Shown in pieces: positions 29,299 to 37,788 of a stretch of DNA of 64,000 nt. The DNA lies in assembly GCA_963735805.1 (NCBI GenBank), contig CAVTMK010000003.1, positions 64,001-128,000 on the forward strand, given 5' to 3'. A program made the position numbers and the translations under genes. The notes under the pieces were generated by a model that worked only from the letters and a program-made list of their open reading frames with translations, was not told where the DNA came from and ran no database searches. Source of the stretch: an uncultured Verrucomicrobiae bacterium. GTDB taxonomy: Bacteria; Verrucomicrobiota; Verrucomicrobiia; Chthoniobacterales; UBA10450. Within the stretch, counting starts at the first letter, position 1. Each line of letters begins with the position of its first letter.

Positions 29299-29538
29299 AT
29301 GTCTTTTACAATCGCCAGTATCATGAATTTGATGGGGCCGGAGATGATGGTAATCCTCCTAATCGTGTTGCTCCTGTTTGGAGCAAAAAAACTACCTGAG
29401 CTCGCCCGAGGGATGCGGCGAGCGGTAAAAGAGTTCAGCGCAGCGCGAGATGAGATCGAGAAGGGGTTAGGTCACTCCGGTCCCAGCGGAGTAGCGCCGG
29501 CCAAATTACTGGACACAAAGAGCGAGCTACGTCTGTGA
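29299..29538 (+). CDS. tatA: Twin-arginine translocase TatA/TatE subunit
   Basis: TM helix then LLLFGAKKLPELARG...KEF amphipathic helix. Confidence 0.88.
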   Translation: MSFTIASIMNLMGPEMMVILLIVLLLFGAKKLPELARGMRRAVKEFSAARDEIEKGLGHSGPSGVAPAKLLDTKSELRL

Positions 29539-29567
29539 GTAAATTCAGCGTTCGCGACGAGTGAATT

Positions 29568-29936
29568 TCAATCCACGCGAGGCAAGAACTCTTCGCGCAC
29601 GATCTTTCCGTTCTTCACGGTGTAAACGCCAACTTCAGACAATTTTCGCCGCTGTTTCGAACTCTTGTCAGTAACATCCGCATCGTACTGCACGACGAAT
29701 CGGTCGTGCGCCACGAATGGTTCACTCGCATCGAAGCTGTGTACTTCCATCGCGTTAACCCACCAATCGATCTTACCACGCACGCCTTCTTTCTCGCGCG
29801 TTTCCGGGGAACCGCCGCTCATACTGAACGCTTCGACGCTTACAATGTCATCGTCGTAAAGCGTATCGAGCGCTTCGTACCAGGCTTGCTTGCGGACTAA
29901 CTCAACCACTTTCTTTGCAACTTCTTCGGTTTTCAT
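29568..29936 (-). CDS. SnoaL-like / NTF2-fold protein
   Basis: LYDDDIVSVE, EVGVYTVKNGKIVREEF; paralog of 3039-3419. Confidence 0.85.
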   Translation of the reverse strand: MKTEEVAKKVVELVRKQAWYEALDTLYDDDIVSVEAFSMSGGSPETREKEGVRGKIDWWVNAMEVHSFDASEPFVAHDRFVVQYDADVTDKSSKQRRKLSEVGVYTVKNGKIVREEFLPRVD

Positions 29937-30077
29937 TTCTCTCTTTTAGCCAGCTTGAAAGCACTCGCTAAGAATTTCTCGACGTTTGCACAAACTCTCG
30001 TGCGTTCGGAGGACGCCAGGTTCATAATCGGAAGATTCCACCGTGACGTCGGCTACGTCAGGTGATTGAATCGAAAT

Positions 30078-31649
30078 ATGTCGCCAGTTCTCCACGAGCC
30101 GTGTGATGAGATCATAATTCGTTCGCGACCGGCGCGTGCGCCTTGTTCAAAAAGTGCCGGGCGCTGGGTGCTTGTGGCCACCACCCTCGCTTCCAGTATG
30201 GCCTTTATCGATAGCACCGTTGTGAACGTAGCCTTGGCTGCACTGCAAACGAACATGAACGCCACAATCGTGGACGTGCAGTGGGTTATCGAGGCTTATG
30301 CGCTTTTGCTTTCGGCCCTTCTGCTGGTCGGCGGATCTCTCGGAGATCACTACGGACGGCGCCGGGTCTTCTTGATTGGTGTCGCTCTCTTCGCTGTTGC
30401 GTCCACGTGGTGCGGACTTGCTCCAAACATACATCAACTAATCGCGGCGCGTGCGACACAAGGGCTGGGCGCAGCGCTACTCGTTCCCGGCAGTCTCGCC
30501 ATAATCAGCAGTTCGTTTCCTGAAAACGAACGGGGACGCGCGATCGGCACCTGGTCGGGTTTCAGCGCAATCACGACTGCTATTGGGCCGGTGATCGGTG
30601 GCTGGCTGATCGAGCATCTTTCCTGGCGCGCGATTTTCTTCATTAATGTTCCAATCGCGTTTTTGATAATCTTTGTCTCGCTGTGGCGTGTTCCGGAGAG
30701 CTTAGACAAGGAGAGCAAAGGACTCGATTGGTTAGGCGCGATTCTGATAACGTTCGGCCTGGGTGCCTTGGTTTATGGTCTGATCGAATCGTCACGGCTC
30801 GGCTTCGGCGATCGATCAGTCCTGGCAGCGCTCATTGCAGCAGCCATTCTGCTAACCGCTTTCCTGATAATCGAGTCGCGGCTTCCTAATCCAATGCTGC
30901 CGCTCGCTCTATTTCGATCGCGAACATTTACCGGAGCAAACCTGCTGACGTTTTTGCTTTACGGCGCGCTCGGCGGCACCCTTTTCTTCCTCCCGCTGAA
31001 TCTGATTCAAGTCCAGCATTACTCGGCCACTGCCGCTGGCGCGGCTTTTCTCCCGTTTATCTTGATCATTTTTCTTCTTTCTCGCTGGGCGGGCGGACTC
31101 GTCGAAAGGTACGGATCCAAAATCCCGCTGGTTGTCGGCCCGTTAATCGCAGCTCTGGGCTTCGCGCTTTTCATGTTGCCCGGTTTAAACGCCGGATATT
31201 GGCAAACATTTTTCCCTGCCGTCGTTGTGCTCGGAACAGGTATGGCTGTAAGCGTAGCCCCTCTCACTACGACCGTGATGAATTCAGTCACACCGAATCG
31301 CGTCGGCATCGCTTCCGGCGTGAACAACGCGGTTGCCAGAGGAGCTGGACTGCTCGCGATCGCCGTCTTGGGAATCGTTATGCTTCACTCCTTTAATCAT
31401 GTGCTCGATCGGCGATTGGTCATGGGAAACGTACCGCCTGCGGCGTCGCAGTCATTACAAACTCAGCGTAGTAAACTCGCTGGTGTTTCTCTTCCCGAAG
31501 AGTTGAACCAGACGACTAAACAAATGATTGGGCATGCGGTCTCCGAATCATTCGTGCAAGCTTTTAGGCTCGTCATGGCTATTGGAGCGACGCTCGCTGT
31601 CGTTAGCGCCATCGTCGCGTGGCTTCTCATAGGCACCCGCGGAGATTAA
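30078..31649 (+). CDS. MFS transporter, DHA2 (EmrB/QacA-like)
   Basis: MAFIDSTVVNVAL, GSLGDHYGRRR motif A, about 14 TM helices. Confidence 0.92.
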   Translation: MSPVLHEPCDEIIIRSRPARAPCSKSAGRWVLVATTLASSMAFIDSTVVNVALAALQTNMNATIVDVQWVIEAYALLLSALLLVGGSLGDHYGRRRVFLIGVALFAVASTWCGLAPNIHQLIAARATQGLGAALLVPGSLAIISSSFPENERGRAIGTWSGFSAITTAIGPVIGGWLIEHLSWRAIFFINVPIAFLIIFVSLWRVPESLDKESKGLDWLGAILITFGLGALVYGLIESSRLGFGDRSVLAALIAAAILLTAFLIIESRLPNPMLPLALFRSRTFTGANLLTFLLYGALGGTLFFLPLNLIQVQHYSATAAGAAFLPFILIIFLLSRWAGGLVERYGSKIPLVVGPLIAALGFALFMLPGLNAGYWQTFFPAVVVLGTGMAVSVAPLTTTVMNSVTPNRVGIASGVNNAVARGAGLLAIAVLGIVMLHSFNHVLDRRLVMGNVPPAASQSLQTQRSKLAGVSLPEELNQTTKQMIGHAVSESFVQAFRLVMAIGATLAVVSAIVAWLLIGTRGD

Positions 31650-31682
31650 AACACGGTTAAGGCGCGTGATGAGATTGGCCCA

Positions 31683-33398
31683 ATGAGTTCAGCATTCCTC
31701 CTCCGTTCGATTCCCGCTTTGACCTGGCTACGGACGTACAATGCCACGTTGCTGCGCGGTGACATCCTCGCCGCCATCACGCTTGCGGCGTACTTGCTGC
31801 CTGCGGCGTTAGGCGACGCTTCTCTAGCCAATTTGCCTCCCGAAGTCGGCCTTTACGCATGTTTGTTCGGTGGGCTTATTTTTTGGATTTTTTGCGGTTC
31901 GCGCTACACCGCTATTTCAGTGACTTCCGCCATTTCGCTCGTGATTGGCTCGTCGATTGGGGAGATTACCGGCGGGAATACTATGCGCTTTGGCGCCCTT
32001 GCGGCCGGCACTGCGCTACTGGTCTCGCTCATCGCATTCATTGCCTGGCTAGCGAAAGCTGGAGTCATGGTACATTTCATTTCGGAGAGTGTTATGACCG
32101 GCTTCAAATCCGGAGTGGCGCTTTTTCTTGCCAGCACACAATTGCCGAAGCTTTTCGGTTTCCACAGCACTCATGGAAGTTTCTGGGAGAACACGAATTT
32201 CTTCTTCAAACATCTGAATGACACGAACTCGATGTCACTTGTCGTTGGAGGAATCGCGCTGGCGCTGCTGATCCTTGGAAAAATTTTTCTCAAGCACAAA
32301 CCGGTCGCGCTTTTCATCGTAATCGGAGGCATTGTTGCCGCCTCTATCCTTTCGTTGGAAGCGCGTGGCGTGAAAATAATTGGGGCCGTGCCGCAGGGAA
32401 TCTCGCCGCTGAGGTTTCCAACTGTTCACTGGAACGATTTGAACGACTTGCTACCACTGGCGTTGGCCTGCTTTCTCCTCGGTGCGGTCGAAACGGCCGC
32501 GATTGGCCGGATGTTCGCCGCGAAGCACGGCGGACGATTCGATGCTAACCAGGAAAATCTAGCACTCGCGGCATCGAACCTGTTCGCTGGACTCGGCGGC
32601 GGCTTTCCGGTGAGCGGCGGCACATCGCAGTCGCTCGTCAATGAAGAAGGCGGCGCGAAGACACCGCTCTCCACCGCCCTCGCTGCGGTTTTTATTCTGG
32701 TGGTCGTGCTCTTTTTCTCCCGCTTATTGAGCGCGCTACCTCAACCGGTGCTCGCCGCCGTGGTTTTGGTGGCGATCGCGGGTTTGCTAAATCTTTCAAC
32801 ATTGAAGGAACTGTGGCTTAACGATCGTTCCGAATTTGTGGTGGCCATAGCAGCTTTCGCCGGCGTGCTCACGTTCGGCCTCCTCGACGGCGTGATGATC
32901 GGCGTTGCAATCTCACTTGTGCAATTGGTCCGCATTTCATCGCGCCCCCACGTTGCTTTTCTCGGACGAATTCCCGGCACACGCCGTTTCTCGGACCGCG
33001 ATCGGCATGCGGACAACGAGCTGATTCCAAACGTAATGATTTTCCGGCCTGAATCGGCCCTCATTTACTTTAATGTCGACAATGTATGCGAGGCGATCCT
33101 AAGTCGCGTTCGTATCGAGGCGATATCGCCGAAACTGGTGGTCCTCGATCTCTCAGCCGCACCGCTCGTGGACATGCAGAGTGCGCACACCCTTGCTAGC
33201 ATGGCGGATGAACTCGGCGCCATAGGCATCCGGTTTCAAGCGGTCGAGCCGCGCTCCTCCGTGCGCGATCGGCTGCGCCATGAGGGCATCGACAGCAAAT
33301 TGGGCGGGGTAAATCGTTTCACAAGCGTGGCCGATGTTATCGATCACTTTCTGGGCGAACCCGCGCCATCCGCGGTCGCGATCAAACCACCGCTCTAA
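31683..33398 (+). CDS. SulP family anion transporter with STAS domain
   Basis: GDILAAITLAAYLLP, PPEVGLY, DANQE, C-terminal VVLDLSA STAS. Confidence 0.93.
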   Translation: MSSAFLLRSIPALTWLRTYNATLLRGDILAAITLAAYLLPAALGDASLANLPPEVGLYACLFGGLIFWIFCGSRYTAISVTSAISLVIGSSIGEITGGNTMRFGALAAGTALLVSLIAFIAWLAKAGVMVHFISESVMTGFKSGVALFLASTQLPKLFGFHSTHGSFWENTNFFFKHLNDTNSMSLVVGGIALALLILGKIFLKHKPVALFIVIGGIVAASILSLEARGVKIIGAVPQGISPLRFPTVHWNDLNDLLPLALACFLLGAVETAAIGRMFAAKHGGRFDANQENLALAASNLFAGLGGGFPVSGGTSQSLVNEEGGAKTPLSTALAAVFILVVVLFFSRLLSALPQPVLAAVVLVAIAGLLNLSTLKELWLNDRSEFVVAIAAFAGVLTFGLLDGVMIGVAISLVQLVRISSRPHVAFLGRIPGTRRFSDRDRHADNELIPNVMIFRPESALIYFNVDNVCEAILSRVRIEAISPKLVVLDLSAAPLVDMQSAHTLASMADELGAIGIRFQAVEPRSSVRDRLRHEGIDSKLGGVNRFTSVADVIDHFLGEPAPSAVAIKPPL

Positions 33399-33497
33399 AT
33401 TCAACGACGTTTTACAATAAACAGCGTTGCGAAAGACTATGTTTCTTGCCTCGTAATAATTGGAAGGGAATTAACTCGAGCGAAAAGTGCGCCGGGC

Positions 33498-34172
33498 GCC
33501 GCCGCGCTCTTCCGCCGGGATCTGAATGGGATCGCGCGCGCATTCCCAAATCACAAGCGCATCGTACTGATCGGTCACAGTATGGGCGGAATGATTTGTC
33601 GATTAATGATCACAGACGCGGGCGACAAGATCTGGCGCGATTTTTTTGCCACGCCTCCGAACAAAACTCCGCTGGCGAGCGACACACGCAAACTTTTGGA
33701 AGAGGCGCTTGTTTTTAATCATCGGCCGGATGTGCAGCGGGTGATATTCATTTCGACTCCGCACCGCGGCAGCGAGCTGGCCTCGAACTGGATCGGGCGC
33801 GCCGGCGCCGCTCTTGTCAGGACTCCGCGGCTCTTTACTTCGATCTATGCGTCAACCAAACCGCTCCTGATCGCCGACCCTGCGGCCAGACCGCTAAACC
33901 GTATGCCGAACAGCGTAGATACGCTTGAGCCTAACGATCGGTTCGTGGAAGCCGTCAACAAACTGCCAATCACGCGCGGTATCCCTTATCATTCGATCAT
34001 TGGAGACCGCGGCCGGGGCGACACACCCAATAGTTCCGATGGTGTAGTTCCATACTGGAGCTCTCATCTCCAGGGCGCGCAGTCGGAGTTGATCGTCAAT
34101 TCAGATCACGGCGCGCAATACAATCCACAAGCAATTCGAGAAGTTGAAAGAATTCTGAAGACCTACCATTGA
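33498..34172 (+). pseudogene. 5'-truncated lipase/esterase-type alpha/beta hydrolase; 5' boundary approximate
   Basis: AALFRRDLNGIARAFPNHKRIVLIGHSMGG...STPHRGS...SDGVVPYWSSHL...SDH; no start codon or N-terminal region upstream of the nucleophile elbow. Confidence 0.75.
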
Positions 34173-34176
34173 CCGT

Positions 34177-34734
34177 ATGAACATCGAGTCGATCGCGCCA
34201 TCGATCAAGAAGGTGTCTCCATGGTTGATTCTTTGGAGCACAGTGACCTTTATTTGTGGAATTCTGGCCATCATCCTTCCGTTTACGATTTCTTTTGGAA
34301 TTGCGTTTATCATTGGTTGCTTGATTTTGGCCGCAGGAATTGGACATCTGTTTTTTGCTTTCGATGCGCGCAGCGTCGGCGGGTTTCTCTTCCAGATACT
34401 TGTGAGTCTGCTTTACGCAATGGCGGCAATTTGTTTGTTGGTGAACCCGCTTTTTAGCGTTCTCTCACTTAGCCTTTTCCTGGCAATTTTTCTGCTCCTC
34501 GAGGGTGCCTTGGAATTTGCTCTCTACTTTCGGGTCAGGCGATTCCACCATTCCATCTGGCTGCTAATTGATGGGATCGGCACTTCGGTCCTTGGGATAT
34601 TGATGCTTCGACAGTGGCCACCAGTTTCTCCGGAGACAATCGGAACGTTGATCGGTATTAGCTTGATGCTGAGTGCCGTCTCCAGGCTGATATTTACGAT
34701 GGCGATTCGCGCGCTAAACCCCGCAACCACCTAA
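34177..34734 (+). CDS. HdeD/DUF308 family membrane protein
   Basis: Six short TM helices in a repeated pattern (GILAIILP, LLVNP, IGTLIGISL). Confidence 0.8.
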   Translation: MNIESIAPSIKKVSPWLILWSTVTFICGILAIILPFTISFGIAFIIGCLILAAGIGHLFFAFDARSVGGFLFQILVSLLYAMAAICLLVNPLFSVLSLSLFLAIFLLLEGALEFALYFRVRRFHHSIWLLIDGIGTSVLGILMLRQWPPVSPETIGTLIGISLMLSAVSRLIFTMAIRALNPATT

Positions 34735-34743
34735 CGGCCCTTC

Positions 34744-34836
34744 ATGTCCGCCGAGCGTTCCTCAGATGTAAAATTCGATATCGGCCATGTATTGTTCATC
34801 GACATCGTCGGTTACTCGAAGTTGCTGATTGACGAG
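34744..34836 (+). pseudogene. N-terminal relic of a class III adenylate/guanylate cyclase gene
   Basis: MSAERSSDVKFDIGHVLFIDIVGYSKLLIDE carries the VLFxDIVGYS metal-binding motif, then similarity stops. Confidence 0.75.
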
Positions 34837-34903
34837 CGTGGTGTGACTTTCCTGCAAACGAATGTAATCGGAAGATCAAACAAACCTGAGAGAAACAAAT
34901 ATT

Positions 34904-35131
34904 ATGGCCAAGCAAGATAAATCCACCGAGTCAGTCTACAGAGTAACGGAAGTTATCGGGACGAGTACCCAGTCCTGGGAGGACGCGGCAAAGACTGCAG
35001 TGCAGACCGCGGCGGGCACCCTACGTGATCTGCGCATTGCCGAGGTTGTCAAATTGGATGTGAAGATCGAGGACGGCAAAGTGATCGAGTACCGAACGCG
35101 ATTACAACTGTCCTTTAAGTACGAAAGTTAG
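34904..35131 (+). CDS. Dodecin family flavin-binding protein
   Basis: VYRVTEVIGTSTQSWEDAA...YRTRLQLSFKYE. Confidence 0.92.
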   Translation: MAKQDKSTESVYRVTEVIGTSTQSWEDAAKTAVQTAAGTLRDLRIAEVVKLDVKIEDGKVIEYRTRLQLSFKYES

Positions 35132-35224
35132 TCCGGACGTACAACGGCGCGGTCGAATCTAACTGTGGTCCACTTTTACCCCGAACCTTCTCGGGCCATT
35201 TGAACGACCGTCGCCGTCGCCCCG

Positions 35225-36178
35225 ATGAACAGCAAAATCCCGGGACTTCATCACGTCACTGCGATCGCCAGCGATCCGCAGCGGAACCTGGATTTCTACG
35301 TGAGACTTCTCGGTCTGCGTTTTGTGAAACGCACCGTCAATTTTGATGATCCGGGAACGTATCATTTTTACTTCGGCGATCGCCGCGGAACGCCCGGAAC
35401 AATCCTGACATTCTTTCCCTGGCCCGCTGCGCGACGCGGAATTCGCGGCGTCGGGCAAGTCGAGGCGACGGCCTTCTCAATATCACCGGACTCGGTCGAC
35501 TATTGGCTGGAACGTTTGAAAGAGCAGCATGTTGCAGCGGAAAAAGCAGCGCCGCGTTTCGGGGAAGAAGTAATTCGATTTGTCGATCCCGACGGACTCT
35601 TACTGGAACTGGTTGCGTCAAATTCGCTCGCGTCGGTTGAACCTTGGCCCGACAGCCCGGTTTCTCCCGAGCATGCGCTTCGTGGATTCCACAGCGTGTC
35701 AGCCGCTTTGGAGGGTTACGAAAAGACAGCCCGTTTGCTCACTGACACGTTTGGTTACCGATTGATCAAAGAATCGGGTAACCGGTCTCGATTCGCATCG
35801 CATGACAATAACGCACCGGGCCGAATCGTTGACTTGCTTTGCATGCCTGATGGAGGCGTTGGGCGCGTTGCGGCCGGTTCAGTTCATCACATCGCGTTTC
35901 GCGCGCGTGACGAACAAGAGCAACTCCAGTGGCGAAAGCAGCTCGTTGATCTTGGTTACAACGTTACGCCTGTAATCGATCGCATCTATTTTCATTCAAT
36001 CTATTTTCGCGAACCCGGTGGCGTGCTCTTTGAAATCGCAACCGAACCTCCCGGCTTTACCTTTGATGAGGTAATCGAAGAGTTCGGAACGGGGCTGCAT
36101 CTTCCCCCGTGGCTGGAATCTGCGCGCTCGCAGATCGAAAACATTCTTCCGCCAATCCGCGTACCGCACAAACAATGA
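35225..36178 (+). CDS. Ring-cleaving dioxygenase / glyoxalase (MhqO-like)
   Basis: GLHHVTAIA, VKRTVNFDDPGTYHFYFG, HHIAFR, DRIYFHSIYFREPGGVLFEIAT. Confidence 0.92.
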   Translation: MNSKIPGLHHVTAIASDPQRNLDFYVRLLGLRFVKRTVNFDDPGTYHFYFGDRRGTPGTILTFFPWPAARRGIRGVGQVEATAFSISPDSVDYWLERLKEQHVAAEKAAPRFGEEVIRFVDPDGLLLELVASNSLASVEPWPDSPVSPEHALRGFHSVSAALEGYEKTARLLTDTFGYRLIKESGNRSRFASHDNNAPGRIVDLLCMPDGGVGRVAAGSVHHIAFRARDEQEQLQWRKQLVDLGYNVTPVIDRIYFHSIYFREPGGVLFEIATEPPGFTFDEVIEEFGTGLHLPPWLESARSQIENILPPIRVPHKQ

Positions 36179-36819
36179 GGCCGCAGCTGGATTTCGTTCA
36201 CGAATTCGTTCCCGGTAACTCGAGGCGAACGCTGCTGCTATTGCACGGAACCGGAGGAAACGAGCGCGATCTCATCCCGCTAGGGCGCGAACTCGATCCT
36301 AACGGTTCTTTGCTTAGTCCGCGCGGAAAAATTCTGGAGAACGGAATGCCGCGATTTTTTCGGCGGCTGGCTGAGGGTGTGTTCGATTTGGAGGATTTGA
36401 AGACGCGAACGAACGAGCTGGCGGACTTTGTTTCCGCGGCGATACGCCATTACAAACTCGCCGCGGACCATATTGTTGGCGTTGGTTATTCCAACGGCGC
36501 CAACATCGCCGCAAGCATGCTATTACTTCGGCCCGAAATTATGCATGCTGCGATTCTATTCCGCGCGATGGTGCCGCTGGTTCCGGACAAAATGCCGGAG
36601 CTATCATCTGTGCACGTTTGGATCGGCGCAGGCGATCAGGATCCGATTATTCCGCCATCGGAAACCCAACGTCTTGTTGAACTTCTTCGCCAAGCGAGCG
36701 CCGAGGTGACAATTCGTTTTTTTCATGCCGGCCACGGCCTAACGAACAACGAGGTCGAGACAGCAGGTCAATGGCTTATAGAGCCTTCAACAAATCAACG
36801 CACGAAAAACTTTGAGTAG
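36175..36819 (+). CDS. Phospholipase/carboxylesterase (MhqD-like)
   Basis: LLLHGTGGNE, GYSNGANIA, AGHGL; ATGA overlap with the dioxygenase. Confidence 0.9.
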   Translation: MRPQLDFVHEFVPGNSRRTLLLLHGTGGNERDLIPLGRELDPNGSLLSPRGKILENGMPRFFRRLAEGVFDLEDLKTRTNELADFVSAAIRHYKLAADHIVGVGYSNGANIAASMLLLRPEIMHAAILFRAMVPLVPDKMPELSSVHVWIGAGDQDPIIPPSETQRLVELLRQASAEVTIRFFHAGHGLTNNEVETAGQWLIEPSTNQRTKNFE

Positions 36820-36823
36820 CCAA

Positions 36824-37066
36824 TTACCATAGGCGCTTTCTAGCGAATGCATGACCTGAACCGGATTTTAGGTAACGCTCAAAAGCTTCTGCCTTGGCGC
36901 GACCAGTGAACGCGACATAAGTGATTAGCTTCCATGGACTGAACTTTGTGGTATGAGAAGATTTCCCTTGATCGTGTTCTCGGAGACGCTGTTTGAGGTC
37001 TGTTGTCATTCCAACGTAGCGCTCTCCTTGCGCAGAAAGACTCTCAATAAGATACACGTAATACAC
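36824..37066 (-). CDS. Small GIY-YIG nuclease
   Basis: GTG start, YYVYLI...YVGMT, RLREH, AFERYLKSGSG. Confidence 0.9.
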   Translation of the reverse strand: MYYVYLIESLSAQGERYVGMTTDLKQRLREHDQGKSSHTTKFSPWKLITYVAFTGRAKAEAFERYLKSGSGHAFARKRLW

Positions 37067-37068
37067 TG

Positions 37069-37156
37069 GCCCTCCTTCGCTGAAGCTTCGGAGGGCGTCC
37101 TGCTTCGCGCAACGAATCACCGCCGATCCTGCGAAGCGCATCAGCGCGAAGCAGGA
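37069..37156. repeat. Double-hairpin palindromic element upstream of the GIY-YIG gene
   Basis: GCCCTCC/GGAGGGC stem (37069-37096) and perfect 13-bp inverted repeat TCCTGCTTCGCGC/GCGCGAAGCAGGA (37098-37110, 37144-37156). Confidence 0.7.
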
Positions 37157-37740
37157 TGAAAACGAGTCGACTCGAAGCGTTTAGCGACGGCGTCCTTGCC
37201 ATCATCATTACAATCATGGTGCTGGAATTGAAGGTTCCTCATGCGGTTGAGCTTGCCGCATTGAAGCCACTGCTGCCCGTGCTTTTGAGCTATGTTCTAA
37301 GTTTTATCTACCTGGGGATCTACTGGAACAACCATCACCATCTTTTCCAAGCCACGGAACAGGTCAGCGGCAGAATTCTCTGGGCAAATCTGCATTTGCT
37401 CTTTTGGTTGTCGCTCTTTCCTTTTACCACAGGTTGGATCGGTGAGAACGGGCTAGCTGCCATTCCGACCGCCGTATATGGTTTCGTTCTACTGATGGCA
37501 GCTATCGCTTATTATATTCTCGAACGCGCTATCATTGCCAAGGAAGGTCGCGACTCCCTTGTGGCGCAAGCCGTTGGCAAGGATTGGAAGGGTAGACTCT
37601 CCCTGGTGCTTTACTTGGCCGCTATCCCACTGGCGTTTGTTAGTCCATGGATTGCCTGCGGGCTGTACGTGCTCAGCGCGCTCCTCTGGTTAATTCCTGA
37701 CCCTCGGATCGAAAAGGAGATCGAAAAACGCGAAGAATAA
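37156..37740 (+). CDS. TMEM175 family potassium channel
   Basis: RLEAFSDGVLAIIITIMVLEL and YWNNHHH signatures. Confidence 0.93.
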   Translation: MKTSRLEAFSDGVLAIIITIMVLELKVPHAVELAALKPLLPVLLSYVLSFIYLGIYWNNHHHLFQATEQVSGRILWANLHLLFWLSLFPFTTGWIGENGLAAIPTAVYGFVLLMAAIAYYILERAIIAKEGRDSLVAQAVGKDWKGRLSLVLYLAAIPLAFVSPWIACGLYVLSALLWLIPDPRIEKEIEKREE

Positions 37741-37788
37741 AACAAAGACCGAAAGCAGGTTTCGATAACAAAGCACAACACTCAACCG

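Noticed and set aside
37067..37141. N-terminal extension of the GIY-YIG ORF
   Set aside because: It is a translation of the palindromic element
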